This document shows, one piece after another, positions 11,729-24,359 of a DNA stretch of 64,000 nt. The notes beneath the pieces are model-generated. The model did not search any database and was not told the DNA's origin. It saw nothing but the letters and a program-made list of their open reading frames with translations. Location of the stretch: assembly GCA_964016885.1 (NCBI GenBank), contig OZ024741.1, forward strand, positions 405,294,001 through 405,358,000, in the 5' to 3' direction. Positions within the stretch are counted from its first letter, which is position 1. Each line of letters opens with the position of its first letter. This DNA comes from Eledone cirrhosa (taxonomy: Eukaryota). Position numbers and translations under genes: made by a program.

Positions 11729-13338
11729 CTTGGAGAAAGCCTTTGACAGAGACCCCGCTCCATTATCTTGTGGGCTCTTAGAAAACTAGGAGTATATAAG
11801 TGGCTTGTGAGAGCTATACAAGCCATGTACAGAGGAGCAGTCAGCAAGATTAGAATTAACAATGAATATAGTGAAGAATTTAGCGTAAAAGTAGGTGTTC
11901 GCCAATGCTCTGTCCTTAGCCCCTCCTGCTTATTATTGCCCTTCAGGCTATAACAGAAGAGTTTAAGACTGGCTGCCCATGGGAACTTCTATATGCAGAT
12001 GATCTAACTCTCATAGCTGAATCTATGGCCGAACTAGAGAAGAAATTCCAAACATGGAAGCATGGCCTAGAATCAAAAGGCCTTAAAGTTAACTTGTCTA
12101 AGACTAAAGTTCTAGTATGTAGAAAGGAAAATAGGGCACAGGTGCCCTCTGGGAAATGGCTGTGCTCAGTGTGTAGGAAAAGAGTAAGTAGAAATTCCAT
12201 TCTATGCCCCAAATGTAAACTATGGGTACATAAAAGATGTAGTGGGATCACAGGCAAGCTATGAAAGAATGTAGGTTTTATATGTGGCCAGTGCTCAGGT
12301 GCAGTAAGTAGCAAGTGCCTACTGGATACTAGTTCCTTCAACTGCCCAGGTGGTTCTATAGACATAGTAGACACTTTCCGTTATCTGGGTGACAAAATCA
12401 GCAGTGGAGGAGAGAGTTCTGAAAGTACAGTAGCCAGAGAAAGAACAGAATGAAAAAAGTTCAGAGAGATAATACCACCATTAGCTGCAAATATTTTCTC
12501 TCTAAAAATGAAAGGCAGATTGTATGATACTTGTATACAAACAGCAATGTTATATGGCAGTGAGACATGGGCCTTGTGTGCAGAGGATCTGCACAAATTG
12601 GAGAGGAACGAAGCATGCATGCTCCGATGGATGTGCAATAGTAATATACACGAATGGCAAAACGTAAATGAACTAAGTGAGAAATTAGGAATAAGATGGA
12701 TCAGATGCTGTTTACTAGAGAGGAGATTGCATTGGTATGGAGATGTGATGCGTATGAAGGACAACAACTGTATAAAAAAGTGCAGAGCGATCAAAATTGA
12801 TGTAAGCTATGGAGTAGGTAGACCCATAAAAACCTGGGATGAGGTGATAAAAACTGACCTTGCACACTTACACCTCTCTAAGACACTGGATCAAGATCTT
12901 TGGTGCTATGCAGTTATACAGAAGACTTGCCTTCGCTTACGTATGAATTTGAACCTACAGTCAGCAGGCACCTCTTAACCCAATATACACCCCACCCTGC
13001 ACCCCCTACTCCATCATCCCACCCCCACCAACCTTTCTCTGTAAAGTTATGTTGGTACCACAGAACATCCAGTTCACACTCTAAAGTGGTCGTGTAGATG
13101 TCACGACAAGAAGCACCCAGTCCACACTATAAAGTGGTTGTGTAGGAGACACGGTAAAAAGGCTCCCAATCCACACTGTGTGGTTGGCGTTAAGAAGGGC
13201 ATCCAGCCATAGAAAATCAGCCAGAAATAGTTCTATACAAGCAAGACACAGTCACCCAACCAATCTTGCCTCAAGTGAGACAAACCCGTCTAACCCATGC
13301 TAGTAAGGAAGATGGACGTTAAACAATGATGATGATGA
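11729..13338 (+). mobile_element. 5'-truncated, degenerate RTE-clade LINE (RT pseudogene, 3' UTR, (GAT)n tail)
   Basis: LEKAFD, VGVRQCSVLSP, LLYADDL, FRYLGD, MLYGSETW, RLHWYGDVMR and GRPIKTW motifs spread over several frames with stops and frameshifts. Confidence 0.92.
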
Positions 13339-13947
13339 TATACACATATATATATATCCAAATATTTGGGGTCCATGGGCAATCCTCTGGCTGAACAGGA
13401 TGGTAAAATAGAGCAGTTACAAGGCATAGGTAAATATCCAAGTTGGAAATACAAAGATTGCCGCTTAAGCGTGGAAAATATAGTTGAAGGAGACGAGAAA
13501 GGCTTAAAGCTGACATGTCAAACTTCCTTTTCTCTTTTCCATATAAAGCGTGAAACTAATAAGACTTTTTGTACATCTGTTTGTTGTCTCCTTGAACTAT
13601 ATATATATATATATAACCTATCACATGAGTAGGGGTGTGGTCCAGGGACCAAGAACACCAGTCTCCTTCTCAGCAAGGAAGATGGAAAAAAATTACCTCT
13701 TAATTTTAAATCTTTAATTTTTAGTTTTTAATTCTTAATAATCCTTTTCAAATTGTAATACTCAACATTTGAGATGAATTTTAATATATCGAAACCGGTA
13801 ATACTTTATATACTTTATAAAACTCTTTTTTAAAAGAATTGTCCCTCTCATTTTTACAATAATGTCACTTTGATGAATCAAAGAAAGGGAAAAAAGAAAA
13901 ACAGGCCCTAAAATATATTTTCAGTACTATTTCCAACTTCACCTTTG

Positions 13948-13983
<36 letters not shown>

Positions 13984-14096
13984 GTATTTATATATATATA
14001 TATGAAGTATTTCCGTAGGAAAGGTAAAGGAAAAGAGAGTGATCTATGTAGGTTAAAGAGTTTTTCAGTTATGTAATAAACAACATAAGATAATTA

Positions 14097-14160
14097 ATTC
14101 ATTTACCAGTGGTTTCTTGAAGATAGATATTTATATTTGTCTTCAGTCATCAGAAAGAAT
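14097..14160 (-). ncRNA. Type I hammerhead ribozyme motif, slightly degenerate
   Basis: Minus strand: ATTCTTT-CTGATGA-(C)TGAAGA...TCTTCA(A)-GAAA-CC ACT GG-TA-AATGAAT; intact core, mismatches in stems I and II. Confidence 0.7.
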
Positions 14161-14664
14161 AATATGGAAACTATATATATATAGTCTGGGACTAGCTGTT
14201 GAAATGGCAAGAGCTCAGCCATTGGGTCTTGACACTTTATAATATATATATTTATAGACATCCAGCTTAGAATAAGCACATTGTATCTCTACATGTTGTA
14301 AGAACTGACTAAAAGGGTTGGTGTCAGGAAGGGCATGTAGTTGTAAATCATTGCCTCAAAAAGTCCTCTCCAGCCCATGTCAGCATGGAAATGTTAAAGT
14401 AATAACAATGATGATGGCAGATGACATTCCCTTGCTCTTCAGTTTCCAAGGGCTTATAACACCTTTGCCCCTTCCTTCTGAACCCCAGCCCCATGGACCT
14501 TAGCGTATCCCTAGTTCTTAAAAGCCATTTCTATCACTGGGTTAACTACATTTTTTTTTTTAGTTATAAGCTTCATTGTGAAAACTTAAATAAATATAAA
14601 TACATTTTAGCTATTCTTTTTGTAAACAGAAAAATATAAAGAATTTCTTTCCAGTCATTCTTTT

Positions 14665-14910
14665 TAACCCTTTCATTGACATATTTCTTATGAAAAAACA
14701 CTGACTATGATTTTACCGTTTTGAAAATAATCAAAGATTTAGTGATTTAGTAAAGAAGTCTTACTTTATCATTATTAAGCTAGTGTTTGGAATATAACAA
14801 ATATTCTTACATAAAATTATGACATAAGGTTTAAATTTAAACACAAACACTTTGAAATATATGATTTATATCCTAGATGTCTAAGGTGGTTTGGTATGGA
14901 AAGAGTTCAG
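14665..14910. mobile_element. piggyBac-like MITE
   Basis: TTAACCCTTTC start, degenerate GAAAGAGTTCA end; homologous to 21353-21783. Confidence 0.5.
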
Positions 14911-15275
14911 CAATCTACCAATGAAAAATATGTATATAAGGTTAACAAGTACTTTCAACATTTTCCTGTTGTTATGTACTGTCAAGCTTAGTAGATAAAT
15001 AGATGAGTCAGTGTATGTTAGAAACCACAATAGTTAAGAAAGGATGGATTATATCAGGTCAGAGACAAGACATAGTTCATTTATAGTAGATCCTGTTTCA
15101 TACAGAAGCAACAGAATGAACTCCATATGACTTCCTTCTACTTTATCTCTCTACATTGGGGGTTCCCTAACCTATTTTGTCATGGAGCCCATATTATATT
15201 TTATGGACAAAGCTGCTGGCACTATGATTTTAAGTAGGCCGTGAAATGGAACTATAGTATTGAAACTAATAATAT

Positions 15276-16538
15276 GGGACCAAGAACACCAGAAGTCTCC
15301 ACTACTACAGGGTCTACCACAAACCTATCAGTAGGGATGTGGTCTGGGGACCAAGAACACCAGAAGTCTCCACTATTACAGGGTCTACCACAAACCTATC
15401 AGTAGGGATGTGGTCTGGGGGCCAAGAACACCAGAAGTCTCCACTATTACAGGGTCTACCACAAACCTATCAGTAGGGATGTGGTCTGGGGACCAAGAAC
15501 ACCAGAAGTCTCTACTGCTACAGGGTCTACCACAAACCTATCAGTAGGGATGTGGTCTGGGGACCAAGAACACCAGAAGTCTCTACTGCTACAGGGTCTA
15601 CCACAAACCTATCAGTAGGGATGTGGTCCAGGGGCCAAGAACACCAGAAGTCTCCACTACTACAGGGTCTACCACAAACCTATCAGTAGGGATGTGGTCC
15701 AGGGGCCAAGAACACCAGAAGTCTCCACTACTACAGGGTCTACCACAAACCTATCAGTAGGGATGTGGTCTGGGGACCAAGAACACCAGAAGTCTCCACT
15801 ACTACAGGGTCTATCACAAACCTATCAGTAGAGATGTGGTCTGGGGACCAAGAACACCTGAAGTCTCCACTACTACAGGGTCTACCACAAACCTATCAGT
15901 AGGGATGTGGTCCAGGGGCCAAGAACACCAGAAGTCTCTACTGCTACAGAGTCTACCACAAACCTATCAGTAGAGATGTGGTCCAGGGGCCAAGAACACC
16001 AGAAGTCTCTACTACTACAGGGTCTACCACAAACCTATCAGTAGGGATGTGGTCTGGGGACCAAGAACACCAGAAGTCTCCTCTACTACAGGGTCTACCA
16101 CAAACCTATCAGTAGAGATGTGGTCTGGGGACCAAGAACACCAGAAGTCTCCACTGCTACAGGGTCTACCACAAACCTATCAGTAGAGATGTGGTCTGGG
16201 GACCAAGAACACCAGAAGTCTCCACTGCTACAGGGTCTACCACAAACCTATCAGTAGGGATGTGGTCTGGGGACCAAGAACACCAGAAGTCTCCACTACT
16301 ACAGGGTCTACCACAAACCTATCAGTAGAGATGTGGTCTGGGGACCAAGAACACCAGAAGTCTCCACTACTACAGGGTCTACCACAAACCTATCAGTAGA
16401 GATGTGGTCTGGGGACCAAGAACACCAGAAGTCTCCACTGCTACAGGGTCTACCACAGACCTATCAGTAGGGATGTGGTCTGGGGACCAAGAACACCAGA
16501 AGTCTCCACTGCTACAGGGTCTACCACAAACCTATCAG
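15276..16538. repeat. Tandem array, 71-bp unit, ~18 copies
   Basis: Unit GGGACCAAGAACACCAGAAGTCTCCACTACTACAGGGTCTACCACAAACCTATCAGTAGGGATGTGGTCTG. Confidence 0.97.
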
Positions 16539-17798
16539 TGAGTGGCTGATACATGGACAGTTGGCCCTCTACAATTTCCTGGCTAGCTTATCATGATGAA
16601 CATTTTATGTAACCTGACTACCAAGTGGGAAACTATTTCACTATATCAAGGCTATCTTATATTTCATGAGCTGGATTTATGAGTCACTTTCAGTAAATTC
16701 AATTGAATTATCTATAGTCCAAAGAATTGTTCTCTTGAGGCTTATCACAACAACAACAACAACAACAACATTCCACAGAGACTCCATCATAGTAGATGTT
16801 CTAATAACCTAGAAATGGATGAGATAGTAACAGGCCTTACTTGAGAGTGGGGCAAACAACAATTGTGTACAATTTTGAGAAGGTCACATCATCTCAATTC
16901 TAATTCTTCATTTATATAACTTTAAACTATATTATAGAGGAAGACCACGAAAACATGGGCGGAGGTGGTGAGAGCAGACCTCAGATCGCTGAAGCTCACG
17001 GTGGAGATGATGAAGGACCATGACAAGTGAAGAGATCCTGTGCTGAATAGGATCCGTCCCACCCTTGCAAGCAAGGAAAAGCGGACGTAAAATGATGATG
17101 ATATTTAATCTTATATATTTAAGTATTATATATATTATTTGTATCTATTTTCATTCTGTAAGAATCATAAATAATTTGTAATGTTATTTATACAACGGTG
17201 AATAAATATAAGAATGTTCTTTAAATACAAAAAAATAAAAAAAACTTTAAAAGGTTTATCAATCCCTGCTTTATATTCACTGTCAATCCAGTCGATTCCT
17301 TTGTCAGGTTTCTATGATGATGATGATATATGAATTTTTGTGATTCTGTCACAACACGTGAAGAGAGAGGTGTAGTTTGACTGCCCCATACTACTCCTCT
17401 TTCTTTATGTCTGCTGCCTGTGTGAATGTGTATGTGTGTAAAAGGAAGGAAGGGGTCGTGAAAAAGCTATAGCAAAATAGTGGCTGGTGTTCCATTTGCT
17501 ATGCTGTGTATGTCTGAGTGTATATTTTTATAATGAATGAATTTGTAAGTGTGTGTGTCTTTGCATGTTATATTTATATACTTATACATATAAATGTATG
17601 CATATGCACATACGCACATACATATACAGATACTCCTCAGCATGTTGAAAAAAATCTTAGTATATATATATTTATATATATATATACTTGAAAGCAAGGT
17701 TTTTTAATATGTCCCTAACACAGTAAAGTTATAAATAATTGTAAATAAACCTTCTTAAAGACTCCAATTGCATTTTCAACTTCTTTTTCCTATATATA

Positions 17799-19088
17799 CG
17801 AGCGGGGTTCAAAAAGTTCGCAGAATTTTTCAGAAAATAATCTATTTTTCAAAAAATATGATTTACCTTCAATTTATTTTTCTACATAGTTGCCATCCAG
17901 GTCAATACACTTCACAAGGCGATGCTTCCAGCTTCGTAAGCCATCTCTAAAGAAAGTTGAAGGCCTTGTTCGAAGCTATGTGTTAGCAGTGTTTTTAGCT
18001 TCTTCAACACCACTAAAACGGGTCCCTTTTAGCATTTCTTTGAGTTTTGGAAAGAGGAAAAAGTCTGATGGGGCTAAATCTGGACTATAAGGCGGGTGAG
18101 GAAGCACTTCCCATCGAAATTCTCGAAGAACCTCTTTTGCAACCTGCGCAGAATGCGCTGGTGCATTGTCATGGTGAAACAAGATCCCACCATGAAGTTT
18201 CCCTTTTCATTTCTTTATTAATGTCTCTTTCAGCTTCCTTAAAACATTTGCATAGTAAGCTCCTGTCACAGTTCTTTGACCTTCAAGATAATCTATTAGT
18301 ATCACCCCATCTGAATCCCAGAAAATGGTGGCCATCACTTTTTGATCCGACTTTTAAGATTTGAACTTGATTGGCCTCGATGATCCACGTGGAAGCCACT
18401 GTTTTGACTGCTGTTTGGATTCAGGATCATACTGGTAGATCTAGGTTTCATCTCCGGTGATGATTCTGGTCAGGAAATGCTCTTCATCAACTTCAATTTT
18501 GTTTAATATCGCCAAAGACAGATCACTTCGAAGAATCAGCTGATCAGGGCGCAACACTTTTGGGACCCATCGCGCTGAAAGCTTGCTTAGTCCCAAATTA
18601 TCGTGCAGAATTGAATTTGCCGAACCATATGAAATGTCTATGGACTTAGCTAACTGATTAACTGTTATTCTTCGATCTTCTTCAATTAAAGTCTGTGCAG
18701 CCTCAACGTTTTGGTCATTTTTTGATGTTCCTGGTCTTCCACTGCGATGGTCGTCTTTCCCTTGTTTGAATCGCTGAATCTACTTGTAGACAGCAGTTTT
18801 CTTTAGAGCAGTAGTACCGTAAACTTTAACTAAATCCGCCATAATCTGTGTCCCTTTCCATTTGAGTTTCACCAGAAACTTGATATTCGATCTTATCTCA
18901 AAATAACTATTTTCCGTTGTTCCCAAAAGAGGTTTTTTAAAGTGTGTCAGTACAGCACAATAGTCCGCGCATGACTGACTGCAAGTGACTAATAGCAAGG
19001 TAAACACCCAGTGACAATGTTCTGACATGTTTAATATTGTTTTAACCTGATTTTTTTCTTGCTACGATAAAATTCCGCGAATTTTTTT
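17799..19088 (-). mobile_element. Mariner (DD34D) transposon with inactivated transposase and truncated right TIR
   Basis: HHDNAPAH, LPHPPYSPDLAPSDFFLFPKLK, SARWVPK and ITGDET motifs plus N-terminal RSNIKFLVK; left end TA|CGAGCGGGGTTCAAAAAGTTCGCAGAATTTT, right end retains only AAAATTCCGCGAATTTTT. Confidence 0.93.
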
Positions 19089-19256
19089 CCGCGAATTTTC
19101 CTTTACGGGATCTTCTGAGTTTCAGAAGATCCCGTAAACGGTGAAAGCAGCAATTCTTTGCTTAAACTTTAATCTGTTATTTTAATATATATATATATCC
19201 TCACTGAACTTATACCATTAAGTTCACATGAAGATATGTCACTATCTTAACACAAA

Positions 19257-19328
19257 ATATTATATTTTATCTGATGAAAGCGTACTTAAATATAAGTACC
19301 CTTGAAATACGTATAATAAAATAAATAT
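19257..19328 (+). ncRNA. Type I hammerhead ribozyme with canonical core
   Basis: TATTTTAT-CTGATGA-AAGCGTACTTA AATA TAAGTACCCTT-GAAA-TACGTA-TA-ATAAAATA: 8-bp perfect stem I, 11-position stem II with one C-C mismatch, palindromic stem III; predicted cleavage after 19315. Confidence 0.85.
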
Positions 19329-19906
19329 GGTTTTATAAAGATATTTTCAATTTATTAATATTATTGATATTAATGATACTCCAGATAAATTTTGTTGAGT
19401 GCTTCTAAACTGTTGTAAAATTAACTTTGTTGAATAATCAACAAACCAAATAACTCATTGTGTGTATATATATATATATATATATATAGTTTTTTCCTTT
19501 ATACAAGGAGGCTAGTCACACTGAAATTCTTGAGTGTTCCTGTTCAATTTCTACTTCCTGTCAACAGGATACAAATCCTAATATATTTAGAAAACAATTG
19601 TTTCATCCACATATATTGTTATATTATTTTGACTGTGCAGTATACTGTCAGTTATCCTTTGTGGAAAACCTGTGACATAGTGCTTAGAATGTTTATCTTG
19701 TGATTGGGGGAGTAGGATAGAAAGTACAGTTGATTTCAATGGAATTTGAGCAAAAGACATCAACTTCTTCAATCTCTTTTACTCTTTTTCCTGTTCCAGC
19801 CATCTGGCTGAGGCCATGCTGGGGCACTGGCCAGAATTCTCCCACCTCTTTCTATTCCAACTGGCTGCTCATACTTATGTTAAGATATTGTTCTCAAAAT
19901 AAATAA

Positions 19907-20095
19907 TTGTTTCTACTTTTGGCACAAGGCCAGCAATTACCCCAGTGCATTACTGGAACTTTATTTTATTGACCCCTTAAGGATGAAAGACAAAGTTAAC
20001 CTTAGCGGGATTTGAACTCAGACTGTAAAGGGCCGTAACTCTATGCTGCAAAGCATGGTGTCCGAACCTCTACCAATACTGCCAATCTACTGCTC
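19907..20095 (-). mobile_element. tRNA-derived SINE with 18-bp target-site duplication
   Basis: TGTTCTCAAAATAAATAA at 19889-19906 and 20096-20113; uninterrupted host repeat at ~3800-3900. Confidence 0.88.
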
Positions 20096-20189
20096 TGTTC
20101 TCAAAATAAATAATATCAATATTTTATAGATTCAATATTATGTGAGATAAAGTGTTTACCATGAAAATACATATATATGTGTAAGTATA

Positions 20190-20505
20190 TATATGGTCCC
20201 GTAACTCCTGATAGAATTGTAAGGACACCATATTGGCATACAGCGTTTGTTGGGAATTTTAAGCCTGGCGGAGTTCACCCCTCTCCAGGCCTGAATACAG
20301 CAGTTTTTTTTCCCAGAGAAAGATAGAAAGTAAGAGAGAGGAAGAATCGATCCAGGTACTTGAAGGGTACTTTTTTTTATTGATCTCGAAAGGATGAATG
20401 GCAAAATTGACCTCGGCGGGATTTGAACTCAGAGTGCAGAGAACCAGAATGAATACCATAAAGCATTCTATCCAACGTTCTAACGATTCTGCCAATTCGC
20501 CTATT
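20190..20505 (-). mobile_element. tRNA-derived SINE, long form
   Basis: GGATTTGAACTCAG and CGATTCTGCCAATTCGCC head; same family as 34040-34380. Confidence 0.8.
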
Positions 20506-21352
20506 CTGCAAATATAGAGTAATTTAAGTGCTACAGGGTTCAGTCTATGTCTATGGTGACACCACTTAACTGTTGTCATTTGTTTATATCCCTTACTTAG
20601 CAGTTCTACAAATAGAGATTGATAAAATAAGTACCAAACTTAAAAATAAATACTGAGGGTGATATGATCAGCCAAACCCCTGAGGTAGTGCCTCAGCATC
20701 ACCATAGTTCAATGACTAGCTGAGTTATTATTGGTCAACAGACTGACCACAGCAGAGGAAATAGCCTAAATATGGTTGTTGTTGTTATTGGTCAAAAGAC
20801 TGACCACAGCTTTAGCAGGGGAAATTACATGTTATTTTTCCATGCTCGCATAGGTTGGACAGGTCCTTTTTAGTACAGTATCGCTCCACTCACTGCATTC
20901 CTATCATCTCCTCTCTGAGTCTCAACAATTTCAGATCAGTTCTCACCACCTCCATCTAGGTCTTCCTTGGTCTACCACTTCTGTGACTTCCTTCTACTGG
21001 GATTTCCTGAAGACACATACATGAATGCAGACACAGATCTTAGTCATGGCAACTGTGAAGAATATACTTCAATAAAGAGGTGTAATAAGATTAAAACATG
21101 TCTATTGTTGGATTTATAGATGAGATCCACTCCCATCCGCAGTCTATTTTCCCCCAAAAAGTCACACAGGCTTGGTTTTATGGATAGAAAGTTAATTTCA
21201 CAACCATTTGGTTTAGGGGTTAATTCCATTGAGTATTTCTCTGACAATATATCTTCTACTATAGTCTCAAGCTGAACAATATTACTGTATTACACAGGGC
21301 CAGACCTTTACCTGCTGAGGCCCTAAGCTTTATGAAATTTGAGGCCCTTCTC

Positions 21353-21783
21353 TTAACCCTTTTACGACTGTATTTCTAATGAAATATACTCTATTTCAAT
21401 TAATTAAGGAAGAGTTTTGAGAAATTTAATGAAATTATTAATCATTAGTGCCAAGAAATGCCAGTAAAAGGAGGCCACAGTAGAGGTAAACCAAGAAAGA
21501 CCTGGGCAGAGGTTGTGAGAGCTGACCTCAAATCACTGAAACTCAAGAGGCGATGACAGGATCGCAGCATGTTGAGAGATGCTGTGCTGAGAAGCATAAA
21601 GCATAAAAAAGCAGATGAAAAAATGATGACGATGATTTCATTACTAAGATAGTAACATAATGTAAGGTTCTTATATAAAATAATGTTGGAAGATTTTAAT
21701 TTAAATTGGAAACCTTTAAAATGGGTGGTTTTATTTCATAGAACCAGAGCTGGTTTTAGCCAGGCTGGTAACTAAAGTGTTAA
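21353..21783. mobile_element. piggyBac-like MITE containing an RTE 3' fragment (~21465-21635)
   Basis: TTAACCCTTT ... AAAGTGTTAA ends; RGKPRKTW-coding RTE end inside. Confidence 0.55.
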
Positions 21784-21809
21784 AAATTTTGAGTAAAAGA
21801 ATTAAAATT

Positions 21810-21960
21810 AATTGTTTCTACTTTTGGCACAAGGCCAGCTATTACTCAGTGTATTACTGGTACTTTATTTTATCGACCCCGTAAGGATGAAAGGCAAAGT
21901 TAACCTCGGCGGGATTTGAACTCAGAATGGCAAAGGCCGTAACTCAATGCGTCCGACCCT
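21810..21960 (-). mobile_element. tRNA-derived SINE
   Basis: Reverse complement of the 3965-4145 family. Confidence 0.85.
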
Positions 21961-22089
21961 ATAATGATATATGATTATTATTTATTAATTATTACAAAAC
22001 TAAATTAATTACAAAATGTTTCTTTTAACTAATTAATTGATATATTCCATTTTCCACATAGAGAAATAAAAATATATTTTTAAAAATAA

Positions 22090-22395
22090 GGTCCCTGAGG
22101 GTGTGTGACCCTAAGCTATAGCTTATATAAAAGTCCAACACTGGCTACCCTGAGGCCCCCAAGAATGTGTGACCATAAGCTATAGCTTATATGTAAGTTC
22201 AGCACTGGCTACCCTGAGGCCCCCAAGGGTGTGTGACCCTAAGTTATAGCTTACAGGTAAGTCCAACACTGGCTACCCTGAGGCCTCCAAGAGTGTGTGA
22301 CCCTAAGCTATAGCTTATAGGTAAGTCCAACACTGGCTACCTTGAGGCCCCCAAGGGTGTGTGACCCTAAGTTATAGCTTACAGGTAAGTCCACC
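22090..22395. repeat. Tandem array, 64-bp unit, ~5 copies
   Basis: CTGGCTACC recurs at 22141, 22205, 22269 and 22333; unit contains the palindrome TAAGCTATAGCTTA. Confidence 0.93.
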
Positions 22396-22744
22396 AATGA
22401 TATTACAAGTGGAAGATATAGTAGTGTGTGTATACCATTCCTTGTGATATTTGCTACTGTAATACTTAATTTTTCTGTAAATTACTAGCGGGGCCGGTGG
22501 TGTTGGTGATGGTAGATGCTTTGGTTCTCCACTCAAGTTATACTTGAAAGTATCTTATAGGCAGGCTGTAATGAAGCATGTCTTCTTTTAAACCATCAAT
22601 TAATAATGAAGGTTTACCACACAATTAAAACTAAATACAAGTCCTGCTCTAGAATTACATAGCTTACATACAAAGTTGAGGCTGTGTGAGTCTTCAATTA
22701 TATTAATTAGTGGATAAATAGCAATAAATTGGCAGGACTGGTAC

Positions 22745-23015
22745 ATCATCATCATCACCGTTTTACGTCCGTTCTTCCACACTAGCATGGGTTAGACTGG
22801 TTGTCCTGTTGTGGGCAGTGTCCGGTTGGCTGGCCTTGTCTTGCTCATACGGGAACTGATTCTGGCTTGATTTCTACAGCTGGATGCCCCTCCTAACACC
22901 AACCTCATTTACAGTGAGTGCTGGGTGTTTTTTGTCCATAGCGCCTACACGTCCACTTTACAGTGTGGGCTGGGTGCTTTTTTGCAGTGACACCTCCATG
23001 ACCACTTTGCAGTGG
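22745..23015 (-). mobile_element. RTE-related non-autonomous element
   Basis: (CAT)n tail; reverse complement of 25560-25760. Confidence 0.78.
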
Positions 23016-23289
23016 GAGGGGTTGGGGGCCTATTGTCTATATGCTTCAGGGCATATTGTTTATATGCTTCAGTATTGTCTATACAGCGTCGGACAAAATA
23101 CTTGGCGGTATTTATTTACAACTTTCTGCATTCTGAGTTCAAATCCTGTTCCAAGGTCAACTTTGCTTTTTATCCTTCAGGGTTAATATAACTCAATTAC
23201 CCCTTCAACCAATATGCTGGCCTTGTGAACCCCTTTTTTTTCGCTTTAATTGTATATTTTTGTGTATTATATTTATAAGGTTAAATTCC

Positions 23290-23745
23290 GACCTTACACA
23301 CTTACACCTAAGACAATGTCACTCAACCGAGATCTTTGGCACTACGCAGTAATACAGAAAACCCGCCTTGCCTATGTACAAAGCGAAACCTAGTCAGTAG
23401 GCACCTCTTAACCAAATATACACCCCAATCCACTACCCCCACCCCTTTCTCTGTTAAGTTATGTTGGTAGCACAACATCCAGTCCAAACTAATGAGGTCC
23501 TGTAGGTGTCACGACAAAAAACACACGGTCTACGCTGTAATGTGGCTGTGTAGGTAACACAGTAAAAACCTCCCAGTCCACACTGTAAATGTGGTTGGTG
23601 TTAGGAAGGGCATCCAGCCATAGAAAACCTGCCAGACAGTCCTATACGAGCGAGACATGGTCACCCGACCATTCTTGCCTGAAGTAGGACAATTCCCGTC
23701 TAAACCCATGCTAGCGTGGAAGACAGATGTTAAACGATGATGATG
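23290..23745 (+). mobile_element. RTE LINE 3' end
   Basis: Homologous to 12855-13338, (GAT)n tail. Confidence 0.82.
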
Positions 23746-23884
23746 AAGGTTCCGTGAATTCTATTTTTATGTGAAACTTATATTTTAATGTAGACTCTGT
23801 CATAATGATGAAAAGGAAGAGTTTATCACTGTTAGTTTTTGAGAAGGGTTGGAGTGTCTGTGAGTATGGCCGGATATAATGGGG

Positions 23885-24140
23885 AGCAACTATGGTTAGA
23901 GCATCGGGCTTGCAATCGAAAGGTTGTGAGTTTAATTCTCGGACCGGGTGATGTGTTGTTTCCTTGAGCAAGACACTTTATTTCACATTGCTCCAGTTTA
24001 CTCAGCTGTAGAAATGAGATGATAGGATTGGGGTCCCTATCATTAAATTACCAAAGACACCTCCAACGAGATATACCTTGGAGGAGGCCAGCTAAACCTG
24101 CATAGGAGTGAGCTGTAACAACAATTGCCTCTGGACACCT
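23885..24140 (+). mobile_element. CORE/V-type tRNA-derived SINE
   Basis: TGGTTAGAGC A-box-like head; TTCCTTGAGCAAGACACTTTATTTCAC core. Confidence 0.75.
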
Positions 24141-24359
24141 GCAGTATGGAGGGTGGGGGGGGGGGGGCACCTGCGACGACCGTAACAATTTATTTTTGCC
24201 CTCAGCTGGGCTTTTTAGTTTTAAGATGGTTAGAATTTTTTAATTTAATATCTGTATGTATAACTTTTTAATTCCAATTACTTGCGCCAAGGTAACTTTG
24301 ATGTGTATAAGGGGATCGCAAGGTCAAGATCCAACCCTGATATATAAACAACAATAAAT

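Larger units (their letters stand above)
21296..22400. mobile_element. Putative CAG...CTG-ended non-autonomous DNA element with nested MITE and SINE and an amplified right end
   Basis: Left end CAGGGCCAGACCTTTACC...GGCCCTAAGCT; right-end motif CCCTAAGCTATAGCTTATAGGTAAGTCCAACACTG (reverse complement starts CAGTGTTGGACTTACC). Confidence 0.5.

Noticed and set aside
11768-12978. RTE, mariner, Tx1 and CRE ORF pieces as functional genes
   Set aside because: All are truncated, and most also carry stops or frameshifts; reported as mobile-element remnants.
15276-16538. CRISPR-like appearance of the short-unit arrays (also 1-3226 and 4470-5020)
   Set aside because: Head-to-tail repeats with no unique spacers, no cas genes and a eukaryotic context.
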